Positions 38,558 to 48,352 of a stretch of 64,000 bases of DNA are shown one piece after another (position 1 is the stretch's first letter; each line of letters opens with the position of its first letter). The translations under genes were made by a program, and so were the position numbers. A model generated the notes under the pieces. It did not search any database. It was not told the origin of the DNA and worked only from the letters and a program-made list of their open reading frames with translations. Source of the stretch: Candidatus Sericytochromatia bacterium (GTDB lineage Bacteria; Cyanobacteriota; Sericytochromatia; S15B-MN24; VGJW01); NCBI GenBank assembly GCA_035285865.1, contig JAYKHS010000022.1:1-64000 (forward strand). The letters run 5' to 3'.

Positions 38558-39247
38558 TCAGGTCCCGAGACGATAGCCGAAACCGCGGACCGTCTGGATG
38601 AACTTGGGGCTCGAGGGATCCTTCTCGATCTTCTCGCGCAGCCAGCGGATGTGGACGTCGACGGTCTTGGTGTCGCCGTAGAAGTCGAGGCCCCAGACCT
38701 GTTCGAGCAGCTCCTCGCGCGAGAACACCCTGCCGGGGGTGCCCATGAGCATGGCCAGGATCTTGAACTCCTTGGGGGACAGTTCGACTTCGCGGTTGCC
38801 GACGAGCACACGGTGCTCCGACAGGTTGATGAGCAGTTCCCCGTGCTGGAAGATCTTGGACTTGTTCTCGGGCTCGGCGGGCTTGCTGCGGCGCAGCAGG
38901 GCCTTGATGCGGGCGACCAGTTCGCGAAGCGAGAAGGGCTTGATGAGGTAGTCATCCGCACCTACTTCGAGACCGATGACGCGGTCGATTTCCTCGCCCT
39001 TGGCCGTGAGCATGATGATGGGAATGTCGTTCTGCTCGCGTCGCAGCAGGCGGCAGACCTCGAGGCCCGACAACTTGGGCAGCATCAGATCCAGCACGAT
39101 GAGGTTGGGCTTGGCCGTCTGGACCTGCTGGATGGCTTCCTGGCCATCCATCGCCTTGACCACCTCGTAGCCTTCCTGAGTGAGGGCGAATTCAATCGAC
39201 TCGAGGATCATTTCCTCGTCGTCGACGAGCAGGACCTTCTCTGCCAC
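38558..39247 (-). CDS. OmpR/PhoB-family response regulator, SphR-like
   Basis: Receiver LDLMLP..KPFS; wHTH LSPKEF..VWGLDFYGDTKTVDVHIRWLREKIE.DPS.P..TVRGFGYR, resembling cyanobacterial SphR. Confidence 0.93.
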   Translation of the reverse strand: MAEKVLLVDDEEMILESIEFALTQEGYEVVKAMDGQEAIQQVQTAKPNLIVLDLMLPKLSGLEVCRLLRREQNDIPIIMLTAKGEEIDRVIGLEVGADDYLIKPFSLRELVARIKALLRRSKPAEPENKSKIFQHGELLINLSEHRVLVGNREVELSPKEFKILAMLMGTPGRVFSREELLEQVWGLDFYGDTKTVDVHIRWLREKIEKDPSSPKFIQTVRGFGYRLGT

Positions 39248-39353
39248 GGGAGACTCCTTGCGAATGGGGTGGACGAGGGCGGGTGCGGATGGTTAAGGCC
39301 GTGACCGCCGCAATCATACCCCAACAGGGGCGGTTCCTTAACCTGTGCCGGGT

Positions 39354-42300
39354 TCAGAACCTGCCACGCCAGCGCAACTGAAGGCTGAGGATGAACTCGG
39401 TGCTGCTGTTGGCGCCGAGATCCGGGTTCAACCACTGCCGGACATCCGTCTGGATGGCCGGAACACCCACCCCCGTCAGGGTGGCCAAGCGGTCGGCCTG
39501 TTCGATCTGGGTGGTCAGGGCAAGATTCTGCGAGAGCTGCATGTTGAGGCCCGCACGCCACAGGTCGACGTTGTTCTGGGCGCCCAGGGTCTGGTTGCCT
39601 CGCCGGAACACGTACCGGCCCGAGCCGGACACGGGCCCCAAGGTGATGGTCTCCCCGGAGAGCGCCATGTTGAAGCCTCCCAGGAAGCCCTGGTTGGGAT
39701 CGAGTCCGGTTGTGGTGCGGGCGTTGTTCACGATGTCGAAGGACAGGTCCGACAGCAGCAGGTTGCGCGTCAATGGGTCCACCAGCGGCTGCACGATTCG
39801 GTTGAGCGCGAAGTTGACGAGGCCGGGTGCGAATTCCCGGGCAAGGTCGGTGCTGGCGGAGGCCACGTTGCCTTGCGCCAGGATGAACAGATTGCTGACG
39901 AGCTGGGGCTTGCCGACCATGCGCTCCAGCTCCTGTTGCGTGTAGCCGGGCGGGTCGCTGGTGAAGCGGTTGTTCAGGGATGCGAGCGTGCCGTCGATCG
40001 TCGCCGTCACCTTGACCACCTGACCTGTCGTTCCGTCGGCGGCTGTCCGCAGACCTTCCGAATCCCGCACGTTGCCGGTGGCCACGACCCGCACCTGCGT
40101 GCCGGCAAGCAACTGTTTCATGGTGGGCTTAGGGCCCCTCAGGTTGGCGAGGTCCGTGCGTCCGGAGCCCACGAACTCGACCGTGCCTTCCGTGACGCGG
40201 AAGTCGTTGGTGTAGAAGGTCGTGACCTTGCTGCCGACCGGAACGACGGTGATCTGTCCCTTGGGGTCCGGCAGGTCCAGCAACCCCTCGACAATCAGGT
40301 TGCCGGCCACGCGGACGTCCATCAGGTTCGGCTGGAAGACGCGCATGGTGTCCTTCAGCGTCACGACCAGGCGATCCAGCACCACAGGGGTCGCGGGGTC
40401 GTCTTCATCATCCTCCGGTGGGTCGACGCCCAGGTCGAGCGTGCCGCTGGAGACCGCGACCTGACCGGCAATGCGCGGCTTCTTCAGGGTGCCACCCACG
40501 CGCAGGGCGGCATCCACTTGCCCGTCGTACAGGCCGCTCTTCAGTGCCACGCGTGCGCCGCGGACCTGGGCGGCCAGGTCGAGGCCGTCCAGCGTGAACT
40601 GCTTCATGGTCACGAAGCCCGTGGCCGCGACGCGTCCTCCTCCGAGCAGCCCTTCGGCCCGCGTAACCTTGATGATGCCGTCGCCGATCACGGCCCGGAC
40701 GTCCACGTCCGTGAGCGGTTGCATCAGAGTGCGGATGCCGAGGCGCGCGCGGGAGAGTTCCAGGACTCCGGCGAGGCGGGGGGCCGCTCGAGTCCCGAGG
40801 ATGCGCATGCGCAGATAGCCGTCGCCGCCCTGCCACTCGACCAGGCCCTTGGTCAGCGTCGAGACGATGCCGAGGCTGGGGCCCTCGACGCCGAGCGACA
40901 GCGCCATGGGTTCCTCGGTCAGCTCGGCTCCGATCGGGATCACCCCGTATAGCCGCGTGCGACGGTCCCCGGCGATGATCGTGGCGTCGTCCAGGTTCAG
41001 GCGGCCGCCCTCGTACCGGCCGCTGACCCGAGCTTCGTCGTATTTCAGGACATCCAGCGTGCCGCCCGTCGCCCGGGCCTCGAATACCAGGGCCGGATCC
41101 GCCGGCACGCCGAGCAGCCTGATCCGCGCGCCTGCCTTGCCCGTGACCGTCAGGTTCCTGCTGCGCAGCCAAGGGTCGGCCCAGGCCAGGTCGAGCCCCG
41201 CCAAGTCGAAGATGATCCCCTCGCCGCCGAGCTGGCCCTCGCCCCGGATGTTCAGGCCGTTGTCGGCCACGAGGTCAAGGCCGTGGAGCTCGATCCGGTC
41301 CCGTGAGCCCGAAGCCTGGCAAGGGCCCAGGACCAGCGGATGATCATAGACTGAGAGGCTGGTTCCGGCGAGATCCATGGACCACGCGGGATGCCGGCCA
41401 TCGCCCCCGATGTGCAGGCGACCCGTCAGACGACCCCGGACTTCTTCCCAGATGGGATGGCTGCCCAGTACCGTGCGTGGATCGGGCGGGTCAGGGACGC
41501 GGTGGTTGCGCAGCCAGTGGCCATAGGCCTCGAGCCACGGTTCAAGCTCGGTACGGCTGGTCGGGGCTCGCTCCGGCAGGTTGACCCAGGGTCGGGTTCG
41601 TGTGCGGGCGGCTCCCTGACCCAGCGTATCGGCGAGAATCGTGCCTTCCAGGACGCGGTCCCAGTGGACCGCCGCGAGCAGCGGCTGCAAGTCCACGTCC
41701 GCGACCGGGATGTCGAGGTCATGGCGGCCCCCCGGCTGCAGCGCCCAAGTACCCGAGAAGTTCAGGGTCTGCCCGCCCGCCGTCACGTGCGCCTCGGGCA
41801 GCCAGAGCGATTCGGGCGAGACGATGAGCTGTCCGTCGGCCTGCTCGACCTGTCCCCATTCCGAGGCATCGATGGCTTGGGCGCGCAGACGCGTGGCCAC
41901 GCGCCATCGCGGGCCCTCGGCATCGATCGTCGCGAAGGGCAGATCGATTCGGCCGCTCACGGAACCGGCCTTCGGGGCGACCTGTCGTATGGGCCGACCG
42001 AGGGCGGCAAGGTCGATGCCTTCGGCCAGGAGTTCGAGATGAAGCCGCGACGGACGCCCGGCATCGGGTAGATGCACGATGCCGCTGCCACGGATCTCGC
42101 CGCTGCCGTCCCGGTCCCCGATCATCGCCCTTATCTCGGGGAGTGCCAGGGTCTGCCCGTGGAGCACCATCCGTCCCTCGGCCTTGGGCATCGGCCACCC
42201 CTCGGCCCGGGTCTCGCGCAGGCGAACCTTGCCTTGGCCTCGCCAGCCTTCGGGGCGATCCAGCGGGATGTCGACGAGACCTTCGCCCGTGAGGACACCC

Positions 42301-43961
42301 TCGAGCCTTATGGGCAGGCCCGCAGCCGACAGGGCTTCGAGCGGCATTCTCGATACGTCGAACGATCCCTGCCAGCGCCGCTGCCGGTCAAGGTGGCCCG
42401 TGAGGCTGATTTTTCCGCCGCGAGCCCGGGCCTCCAAGGAACGAACGTGGACCCCGTCCGGGTCGATTTCCAGTTCCGTGGCGAGGGCAGCGAGGTCCTG
42501 CGCGCCGATGGTGAGGGCCCGTCCCGTCGTGCGGATATTTGTCCGGGTCGTGCCTGCGGCGCCCCGGACGCGGACGTGGCCGTCGAGTGCGCCGCTCATG
42601 CGCGGCACCTTGATGACGTAGGGACGCAGCAACCGATCGGGGGCGACGGATTGGAAGTCGAGATCGGCCGACAAGGGGGCGCCCGGCAAGAGGCCGAAGC
42701 GCGCCGAGCCCGTGGCGATCCCGCCAAGGCCCTTGACGTGGATGTCGGGCACGTCGACGAAGTCGCCGCGCATCCGGGCAAACGCCGTGGCCTCGTCCAC
42801 GGGGGCACCGAGCGCTCGTGGCCCCTCGGTCCTGACGGTGATGTCCGTCTCTGGGGCGAGCACGTCACCGCGGACGGAAGCCGTCGCCCCGGCCTTGCCC
42901 ACGAGCTTGAAGTCCGCGAGGTCCGGCAACAGCGGGGTCAGGCTGGCCAGATCAATGGCCGGGGCCTCGACTTCCATGGCGAGGGGCGGACGCAGCGGCC
43001 CCAGCGTGACTGTTCCGGTCGCCCGGAAGGCGTTGCCGGCGAGTGTGCCCTCGATGCGCTTGAAGTCGAGCAGTCGTTCCGTCAGGGTCATCTCGAGGCT
43101 GCCGTTCTCGAGGGGCAGTCGGACACCCTGCTGGCGCATGCGGATGCCCCGGGCGGAGACGGAGCCGGCCATCCGGAAGGCCTTGGGCCTTGGCAGCTCG
43201 TAGTGCACGCCGAGGCGCACGTTGGCCTCGCCGGCGAGGAACGTCTGTTTTTCGGGCGGGAAGATGTAGGGGAACCAGCCTGCCGCGATCGGGCCATCCA
43301 CCCGGGCATCCAGGTCCCCGTTGCCCGACAGCGCGTGGTGGCTGCCCTCGAGATGGGCCGTTATGGTGCCCTCGCGCAGGTCGGTTTTCCATGTCCACAA
43401 ATCCCCACGACCTTCCACGACGAGGTTCGTGGCCACGAGATCACGGGCAAAGGGGCCGATGGGACCGCCCTTGACCTTGGCCGTGTCTGTCCAGGACAGG
43501 CGCGCCTCGGGCACGCGGATCCGCAGCGGGGGCCATTTCAGGCCATTGGGGTCGGGCGGGGGCAGGCGGGGCGGGACGAGCGCGACCCGGCCATCGGCCA
43601 GCCGTCGGGCCTTCAGTTCGGCACCTTCCACCAGCACCTCGATGGGGCGCGGTCCCAGCCGCAGCACGTGCCACGGATGGAACCGCACCGTGACGAGCCG
43701 CGCCTTGCCCAGCTGCGGGGCGCTGGGTCCCAGTCCTGCATCCAGAACGACGTCGTGGGCGCGTATTTCCCGCCAGACGGGGCCATCCAGACGGCCGACG
43801 CGGACGCGCCAGCCCACTTGTGCGGCCACGCCTGCCGTCAGGGCATGGCGGGCTTGGTCCAGGAGCAGGGCACGATCGCTCCACGCGCGCACGCCGAGGA
43901 AGGCGAGCACCAGCAGCACCAAGGCTGCGAGACCCGCCAACAGGCGTTCCAGGACCTTCAA
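39354..43961 (-). CDS. tamB: translocation/assembly module TamB (DUF490/AsmA-like) protein
   Basis: N-terminal TM anchor, 1535 aa of beta-taco-like repeats, and C-terminal beta-strands ending WRGRF. Confidence 0.8.
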   Translation of the reverse strand: MKVLERLLAGLAALVLLVLAFLGVRAWSDRALLLDQARHALTAGVAAQVGWRVRVGRLDGPVWREIRAHDVVLDAGLGPSAPQLGKARLVTVRFHPWHVLRLGPRPIEVLVEGAELKARRLADGRVALVPPRLPPPDPNGLKWPPLRIRVPEARLSWTDTAKVKGGPIGPFARDLVATNLVVEGRGDLWTWKTDLREGTITAHLEGSHHALSGNGDLDARVDGPIAAGWFPYIFPPEKQTFLAGEANVRLGVHYELPRPKAFRMAGSVSARGIRMRQQGVRLPLENGSLEMTLTERLLDFKRIEGTLAGNAFRATGTVTLGPLRPPLAMEVEAPAIDLASLTPLLPDLADFKLVGKAGATASVRGDVLAPETDITVRTEGPRALGAPVDEATAFARMRGDFVDVPDIHVKGLGGIATGSARFGLLPGAPLSADLDFQSVAPDRLLRPYVIKVPRMSGALDGHVRVRGAAGTTRTNIRTTGRALTIGAQDLAALATELEIDPDGVHVRSLEARARGGKISLTGHLDRQRRWQGSFDVSRMPLEALSAAGLPIRLEGVLTGEGLVDIPLDRPEGWRGQGKVRLRETRAEGWPMPKAEGRMVLHGQTLALPEIRAMIGDRDGSGEIRGSGIVHLPDAGRPSRLHLELLAEGIDLAALGRPIRQVAPKAGSVSGRIDLPFATIDAEGPRWRVATRLRAQAIDASEWGQVEQADGQLIVSPESLWLPEAHVTAGGQTLNFSGTWALQPGGRHDLDIPVADVDLQPLLAAVHWDRVLEGTILADTLGQGAARTRTRPWVNLPERAPTSRTELEPWLEAYGHWLRNHRVPDPPDPRTVLGSHPIWEEVRGRLTGRLHIGGDGRHPAWSMDLAGTSLSVYDHPLVLGPCQASGSRDRIELHGLDLVADNGLNIRGEGQLGGEGIIFDLAGLDLAWADPWLRSRNLTVTGKAGARIRLLGVPADPALVFEARATGGTLDVLKYDEARVSGRYEGGRLNLDDATIIAGDRRTRLYGVIPIGAELTEEPMALSLGVEGPSLGIVSTLTKGLVEWQGGDGYLRMRILGTRAAPRLAGVLELSRARLGIRTLMQPLTDVDVRAVIGDGIIKVTRAEGLLGGGRVAATGFVTMKQFTLDGLDLAAQVRGARVALKSGLYDGQVDAALRVGGTLKKPRIAGQVAVSSGTLDLGVDPPEDDEDDPATPVVLDRLVVTLKDTMRVFQPNLMDVRVAGNLIVEGLLDLPDPKGQITVVPVGSKVTTFYTNDFRVTEGTVEFVGSGRTDLANLRGPKPTMKQLLAGTQVRVVATGNVRDSEGLRTAADGTTGQVVKVTATIDGTLASLNNRFTSDPPGYTQQELERMVGKPQLVSNLFILAQGNVASASTDLAREFAPGLVNFALNRIVQPLVDPLTRNLLLSDLSFDIVNNARTTTGLDPNQGFLGGFNMALSGETITLGPVSGSGRYVFRRGNQTLGAQNNVDLWRAGLNMQLSQNLALTTQIEQADRLATLTGVGVPAIQTDVRQWLNPDLGANSSTEFILSLQLRWRGRF

Positions 43962-44040
43962 CGTGACGCCCTCCCGGGGCGCATCACCATTTTAGTCGTC
44001 GGGGCGATGGCGCGGTGTGATCACCTTGGCATCGGATGCG

Positions 44041-45285
44041 TCAGCGCAGGTTCACGGCTTTCCACGCGTCCAGCAGGCCGTGCCCCGTCTCGATGTCGAA
44101 GCCCGGCGTGGCCACGTCACGGGTGCCCGCCGTCAGTTGCTTGTGGAGGGTCTTTGCCGTCCACTCGGGATGAAGCGAGGCGAGGAGGGCGGCGAGGCCA
44201 GCGGCGTGAGGGGTGGCCATCGAGGTGCCGCTCAGGCTGCCGTAGCCGCGGCCGAGGCCTTCCTGCCGGGACATGGTGACGTCGTAGGTGGGCGTAGTGG
44301 ACAGGATGCCGGAGCCGGGCGCGGTGACGGATATCCACGAGCCGAAGTTCGAGAACGAGGAGCGCTGACCCTCGCGGTCGATGGAGCCGACGGCCAGCAC
44401 GCCGGGCATGGCTGCCGGGTACTCCTGCTGCTGGGCACCTTCGTTACCCATGGCGGCGACGATGAGGCATCCCTTGGCCTGAGCGTAGCGGATGGCCTCG
44501 CCCAGTGCTTGGCCGCCACCTGAGCCGCCCAACGACAGGTTGATGATTCGGGCCCCGTGGTCTGCAGCCCAGACGAGGCCGGCCACGATGTCGGCCGTGT
44601 GCCCGCCGCCTTCGGCATCCAGCACCTTCACGGGCATGACCCGGCAACCCGGGGCCACGCCGGCCACGCCCAAGCCGTTGTTGGCCTCGGCCACGATGGT
44701 GCCGGCCACGTGGGTACCATGTCCGTTGTCGTCCGCCGGGCCGCTTCGGCCGGTCACGAAGGACTTGCCTTCCACCAGCCGGGTGCGCAGGTCAGGATGG
44801 GAGAGGTCGACGCCGGTGTCGAGGACGGCCACCACCACGCGGCTGTCGCCACGGGTCAGCGTCCAGGCAGCGGGCACGCGCATCGCATCGAGGCCCCACT
44901 GGGACGAGCGCCCGGGGTCGTTCACCGTCGTGCGGATGCTGAGGTGCCGGTCCGGTTCGGCCCAGGACACGCCCGGCAGGGAGGAAAGCCGGGCCATGGC
45001 ATCGGCGGCACGCGTGCCACCGGGAAGGCGCAACGTGGCGAGGCCGAGCTGGGGAATCTCGCGCAGGGTGGTGGCGCCGAACTGCCGTGCGACTAAGCCG
45101 GCGCCACCGGGAGCCGTCGTGCGAACCAGCAGGCGATCCGTGGCGTTGCTGGCCTCGGCATCGCGCGCGGTCACGGCACCGATGGCCGCAGGGTTCGTGG
45201 CCGGCGCCCCGCATCCCGACAGCACGAGGGCCGCGGCCACGGGGGCCAGGGCCTTCGGCCGGAGCAGGGAGGGAATGCCGCGCAT
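44041..45285 (-). CDS. S8 subtilisin/thermitase-like serine protease lipoprotein
   Basis: Lipobox LSGC; catalytic motifs LDTG, HGTHVAG and GTSMATP. Confidence 0.96.
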   Translation of the reverse strand: MRGIPSLLRPKALAPVAAALVLSGCGAPATNPAAIGAVTARDAEASNATDRLLVRTTAPGGAGLVARQFGATTLREIPQLGLATLRLPGGTRAADAMARLSSLPGVSWAEPDRHLSIRTTVNDPGRSSQWGLDAMRVPAAWTLTRGDSRVVVAVLDTGVDLSHPDLRTRLVEGKSFVTGRSGPADDNGHGTHVAGTIVAEANNGLGVAGVAPGCRVMPVKVLDAEGGGHTADIVAGLVWAADHGARIINLSLGGSGGGQALGEAIRYAQAKGCLIVAAMGNEGAQQQEYPAAMPGVLAVGSIDREGQRSSFSNFGSWISVTAPGSGILSTTPTYDVTMSRQEGLGRGYGSLSGTSMATPHAAGLAALLASLHPEWTAKTLHKQLTAGTRDVATPGFDIETGHGLLDAWKAVNLR

Positions 45286-45408
45286 GTCCTGATTGTCGCC
45301 GCAGCGACCTGCGATTGTTCTTGTGGTTGGGTTAAGAGAGGGTGGAGATTGGGTGGTGGCGGGCTTGGCGGGACGTGGCTAGGATGGAGTTTCCTGGAGG
45401 GACGGGGC

Positions 45409-45678
45409 ATGCCGAGGGACGATCTGGACGCGTGGTTCCGCACCCATCCGCGCCTTCGCCGCTACCACATGATCTACGACGGCCAACAGGCCCGGGGGGT
45501 GCGCCAGGCGCAGCGATCGAGCTGGATCGCGCTGCTCGTGCTGGTGCTGGGCCTCTACACGGCGGCCGCGCTCCGGATGGGCTCCTGGTGGGCCCCGCTG
45601 GAGCTGTTCAAGAGCCGATTGACGGCTCCGCATGCCGCATCCCCGCCGTCCGTCGAGGTCCTGCCGTCTCGTCACTGA
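45409..45678 (+). CDS. small membrane hypothetical protein
   Basis: GGAGG RBS; one TM (WIALLVLVLGLYTAAAL). Confidence 0.65.
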   Translation: MPRDDLDAWFRTHPRLRRYHMIYDGQQARGVRQAQRSSWIALLVLVLGLYTAAALRMGSWWAPLELFKSRLTAPHAASPPSVEVLPSRH

Positions 45679-45736
45679 GGGTCGGTGCCGGCCGGTTTGC
45701 TATCATCAAGGTCTGTCCCCAACTTCGGAGGCCTTC

Positions 45737-48289
45737 GTGAAGCTGCTCGGCCGCATTGCCGTCTTTCCGTCCATTCCGCGTCGCCTCGAGCGGCTCGAGG
45801 AACTGGCCCACAACCTGTGGTGGTGCTGGAATCCTGATGCCACGGCACTATTCCGGGAACTGTCCCCCGAAGTCTGGGAGCGTGTAGGCCACAACCCCGT
45901 GAAGCTCCTCTCCGAGGTCGATCAGGTCCTGCTTGACGAGGCGGCACGGAATACTCACTACCTCGAGCGTCTCGACCGTGTTCTCGGTCAGTTCGATGCT
46001 TACATGCGGGCTTCCGACACGTGGTTTGCCCGGACCTGCCCGGAACGCCGCGGAGATCTCATCGCCTACTTCTCGGCCGAGTTCGGTCTGCACGAGAGCC
46101 TGCCCATCTACTCGGGCGGTCTCGGCGTCCTGTCCGGCGATCATTGCAAGAGTGCCAGCGACCTCGGTCTGCCCTTCGTGGCGATCGGCTTGCTGTACAA
46201 CCACGGCTACTTTCGTCAGCGGATCAATCCAGCGGGCATCCAGGAAGCCCTCTACGATCGCCTGACCTTCTCCGAACTGCCGATGAAACCGGCCGAAGCC
46301 CCCGAAGGCGGGCCCGTGATCGTCGGCGTCGAATTGCCCGGCAGGACGGTCTGGGCCAAGGTCTGGCAGGTCCGCGTCGGTCGGATCACCATCTACCTTC
46401 TGGACACCGACATTCCCGAGAATGGGACCGAGGATCGGGGACTGTCCGCCAAGTTGTACGGCGGGGACCATGAGATGCGGATTGCCCAGGAAGTCATCCT
46501 CGGGATCGGTGGCGTTCGGGCCATCAGGGCACTGGGCCTGCGTCCCACCGTCTGGCATCTGAACGAGGGCCACTCGGCGTTCTCCGGCCTGGAGCGAATC
46601 CGCGAACTGGTCGAAGAAGAGGGTCATGGACTGTCCGAGGCCATCGAGGCGGTGTCCGCGGCCTCCGTCTTCACGACTCACACGCCTGTTCCGGCGGGTA
46701 ACGATGCCTTCGGGTTCGACCTGATCATGCGCACGTTCGGTCGCTTCATCCCGCGACTCGGCTTGAGTCCCGATGATTTTCTGGCCTTGGCCGCTCACGA
46801 TCCCCATGGGACCGGTCCCCTGTTCAGCATGACGGTGCTGGCCCTGCGCCTCTCCAAGCAGGCCAACGGCGTCAGCCTGCTGCACGGCGAGGTCTCCCGG
46901 AAAATCTGGGAGGACCTCTGGCCGGATGTGCCGACAGCAGAGCGGCCTATCGGCGCAGTGACCAACGGTATCCACACCGAGACCTGGCTGGCGCCCGAGA
47001 TCGCGCAGTTGCACGACCGCTGGGCAGCGCCGCGTTGGCGTGAAGAACTGGCGAATCCCGACACTTGGCTTGGACTCGACCGCCTGCCGGACACGGATCT
47101 CTGGCAGGCGCGCAACATCCTGCGCACCCGTCTGGTCGAGGTCATCCGCAGCCGGGCGCGCGTTCGGCGTCAGCGCCTGGGCGATGCCCCGGCGAGGATT
47201 GCCGCGGCCGAGACCATCCTGAATCCGGATGCCCTGACGATCGGTTTCGCACGGCGCTTTGCCACCTACAAGCGCGCAGCTCTGCTCTTCAGGGACCCCG
47301 AGCGGTTGGCCCGCATCGTCAGTCAGGCGGGTCGGCCCGTCCAGTTCCTGTTTGCCGGCAAGGCGCATCCGGCCGACGTGCCGGGCCGCGAGGTCATCCG
47401 GCAGGTCATGGAGATGTCGAAGCAACCCGAGTTCGCGCACGCGGTCTTCTTCGTCGAGGACTACGACATGAATGTGGCGCGTCACTTGGTGCAGGGTGTC
47501 GACGTCTGGCTCAACAACCCCCGCAGACCGCTCGAGGCCAGCGGTACCAGCGGCCAGAAGGCTGCTGCAAACGGCGTGCTCAATGCCTCCGTGCTTGATG
47601 GCTGGTGGGAGGAAGGCTGCGATGGCCGGAACGGCTGGGCCATCGGTCAGGCGCTCGATTATCCGGACGAGGACGCGCAGGACGAGGCGGATGCCCAAGC
47701 GTTGTATGACCTGCTCGAGCACGAGATCGTACCACTCTTCTATGATCGCGATGCGCGCGGCGTGCCTACCGGTTGGGTGGAGCGTTCCCGACACGCGATC
47801 CAATCCTTGACGTGGCGCTTCAGCACCCACCGGATGCTTGAGGACTACACCAGCAAGCTCTACCGGCCCGCCATGGATGCCGGCAAGGCGATGGTCGAGA
47901 ACGGTCTGGCGACCGCCCGAGAGCTGTCTGGTTGGAAGCGGCGTGTCCGACGCCACTGGGATGAGGTGCGGGTTGCCGCCACGCTGCCTCCCCACGGCAA
48001 GGTGGTGGTGGGGGAGTCCGTGACGCTCGAGGCGCGGGTGCGTCTTGGCGAACTCACGCCCGGAGACGTCGCCGTGGAGCTCTGCCACGGGCCGTGCGTC
48101 GGCGGAGTGCCCGGCGAACACCACGTGACGACGATGGAGCGCCTGGGTCAGGACGAAGAGGGCGCCTGGCACTACCGGGCCTCGGTCGCTCCGGTGTCGG
48201 GCGGGGAGTTCGGCCTCGCCGTCCGGGTGCGGCCGGCGCACGCCGCGATGCTCCATCCCCATGAGACGGGACGGGTGCGCTGGGCCTGA
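45737..48289 (+). CDS. glgP: alpha-glucan (glycogen) phosphorylase
   Basis: YSGGLGVLSGD, HLNEGH, FARRFATYKR and EASGTSGQK. Confidence 0.97.
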   Translation: MKLLGRIAVFPSIPRRLERLEELAHNLWWCWNPDATALFRELSPEVWERVGHNPVKLLSEVDQVLLDEAARNTHYLERLDRVLGQFDAYMRASDTWFARTCPERRGDLIAYFSAEFGLHESLPIYSGGLGVLSGDHCKSASDLGLPFVAIGLLYNHGYFRQRINPAGIQEALYDRLTFSELPMKPAEAPEGGPVIVGVELPGRTVWAKVWQVRVGRITIYLLDTDIPENGTEDRGLSAKLYGGDHEMRIAQEVILGIGGVRAIRALGLRPTVWHLNEGHSAFSGLERIRELVEEEGHGLSEAIEAVSAASVFTTHTPVPAGNDAFGFDLIMRTFGRFIPRLGLSPDDFLALAAHDPHGTGPLFSMTVLALRLSKQANGVSLLHGEVSRKIWEDLWPDVPTAERPIGAVTNGIHTETWLAPEIAQLHDRWAAPRWREELANPDTWLGLDRLPDTDLWQARNILRTRLVEVIRSRARVRRQRLGDAPARIAAAETILNPDALTIGFARRFATYKRAALLFRDPERLARIVSQAGRPVQFLFAGKAHPADVPGREVIRQVMEMSKQPEFAHAVFFVEDYDMNVARHLVQGVDVWLNNPRRPLEASGTSGQKAAANGVLNASVLDGWWEEGCDGRNGWAIGQALDYPDEDAQDEADAQALYDLLEHEIVPLFYDRDARGVPTGWVERSRHAIQSLTWRFSTHRMLEDYTSKLYRPAMDAGKAMVENGLATARELSGWKRRVRRHWDEVRVAATLPPHGKVVVGESVTLEARVRLGELTPGDVAVELCHGPCVGGVPGEHHVTTMERLGQDEEGAWHYRASVAPVSGGEFGLAVRVRPAHAAMLHPHETGRVRWA

Positions 48290-48306
48290 GTCCGGCACGT
48301 CGCGCA

Positions 48307-48343
48307 AAGGGGGCGGCAAACCTACCCGGTTTGCCGCCCCCTT
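48307..48343. terminator. bidirectional terminator-like hairpin between glgP and the desaturase
   Basis: Perfect 16-bp stem AAGGGGGCGGCAAACC / GGTTTGCCGCCCCCTT with a 5-nt loop. Confidence 0.75.
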
Positions 48344-48352
48344 CCCGCAGGA

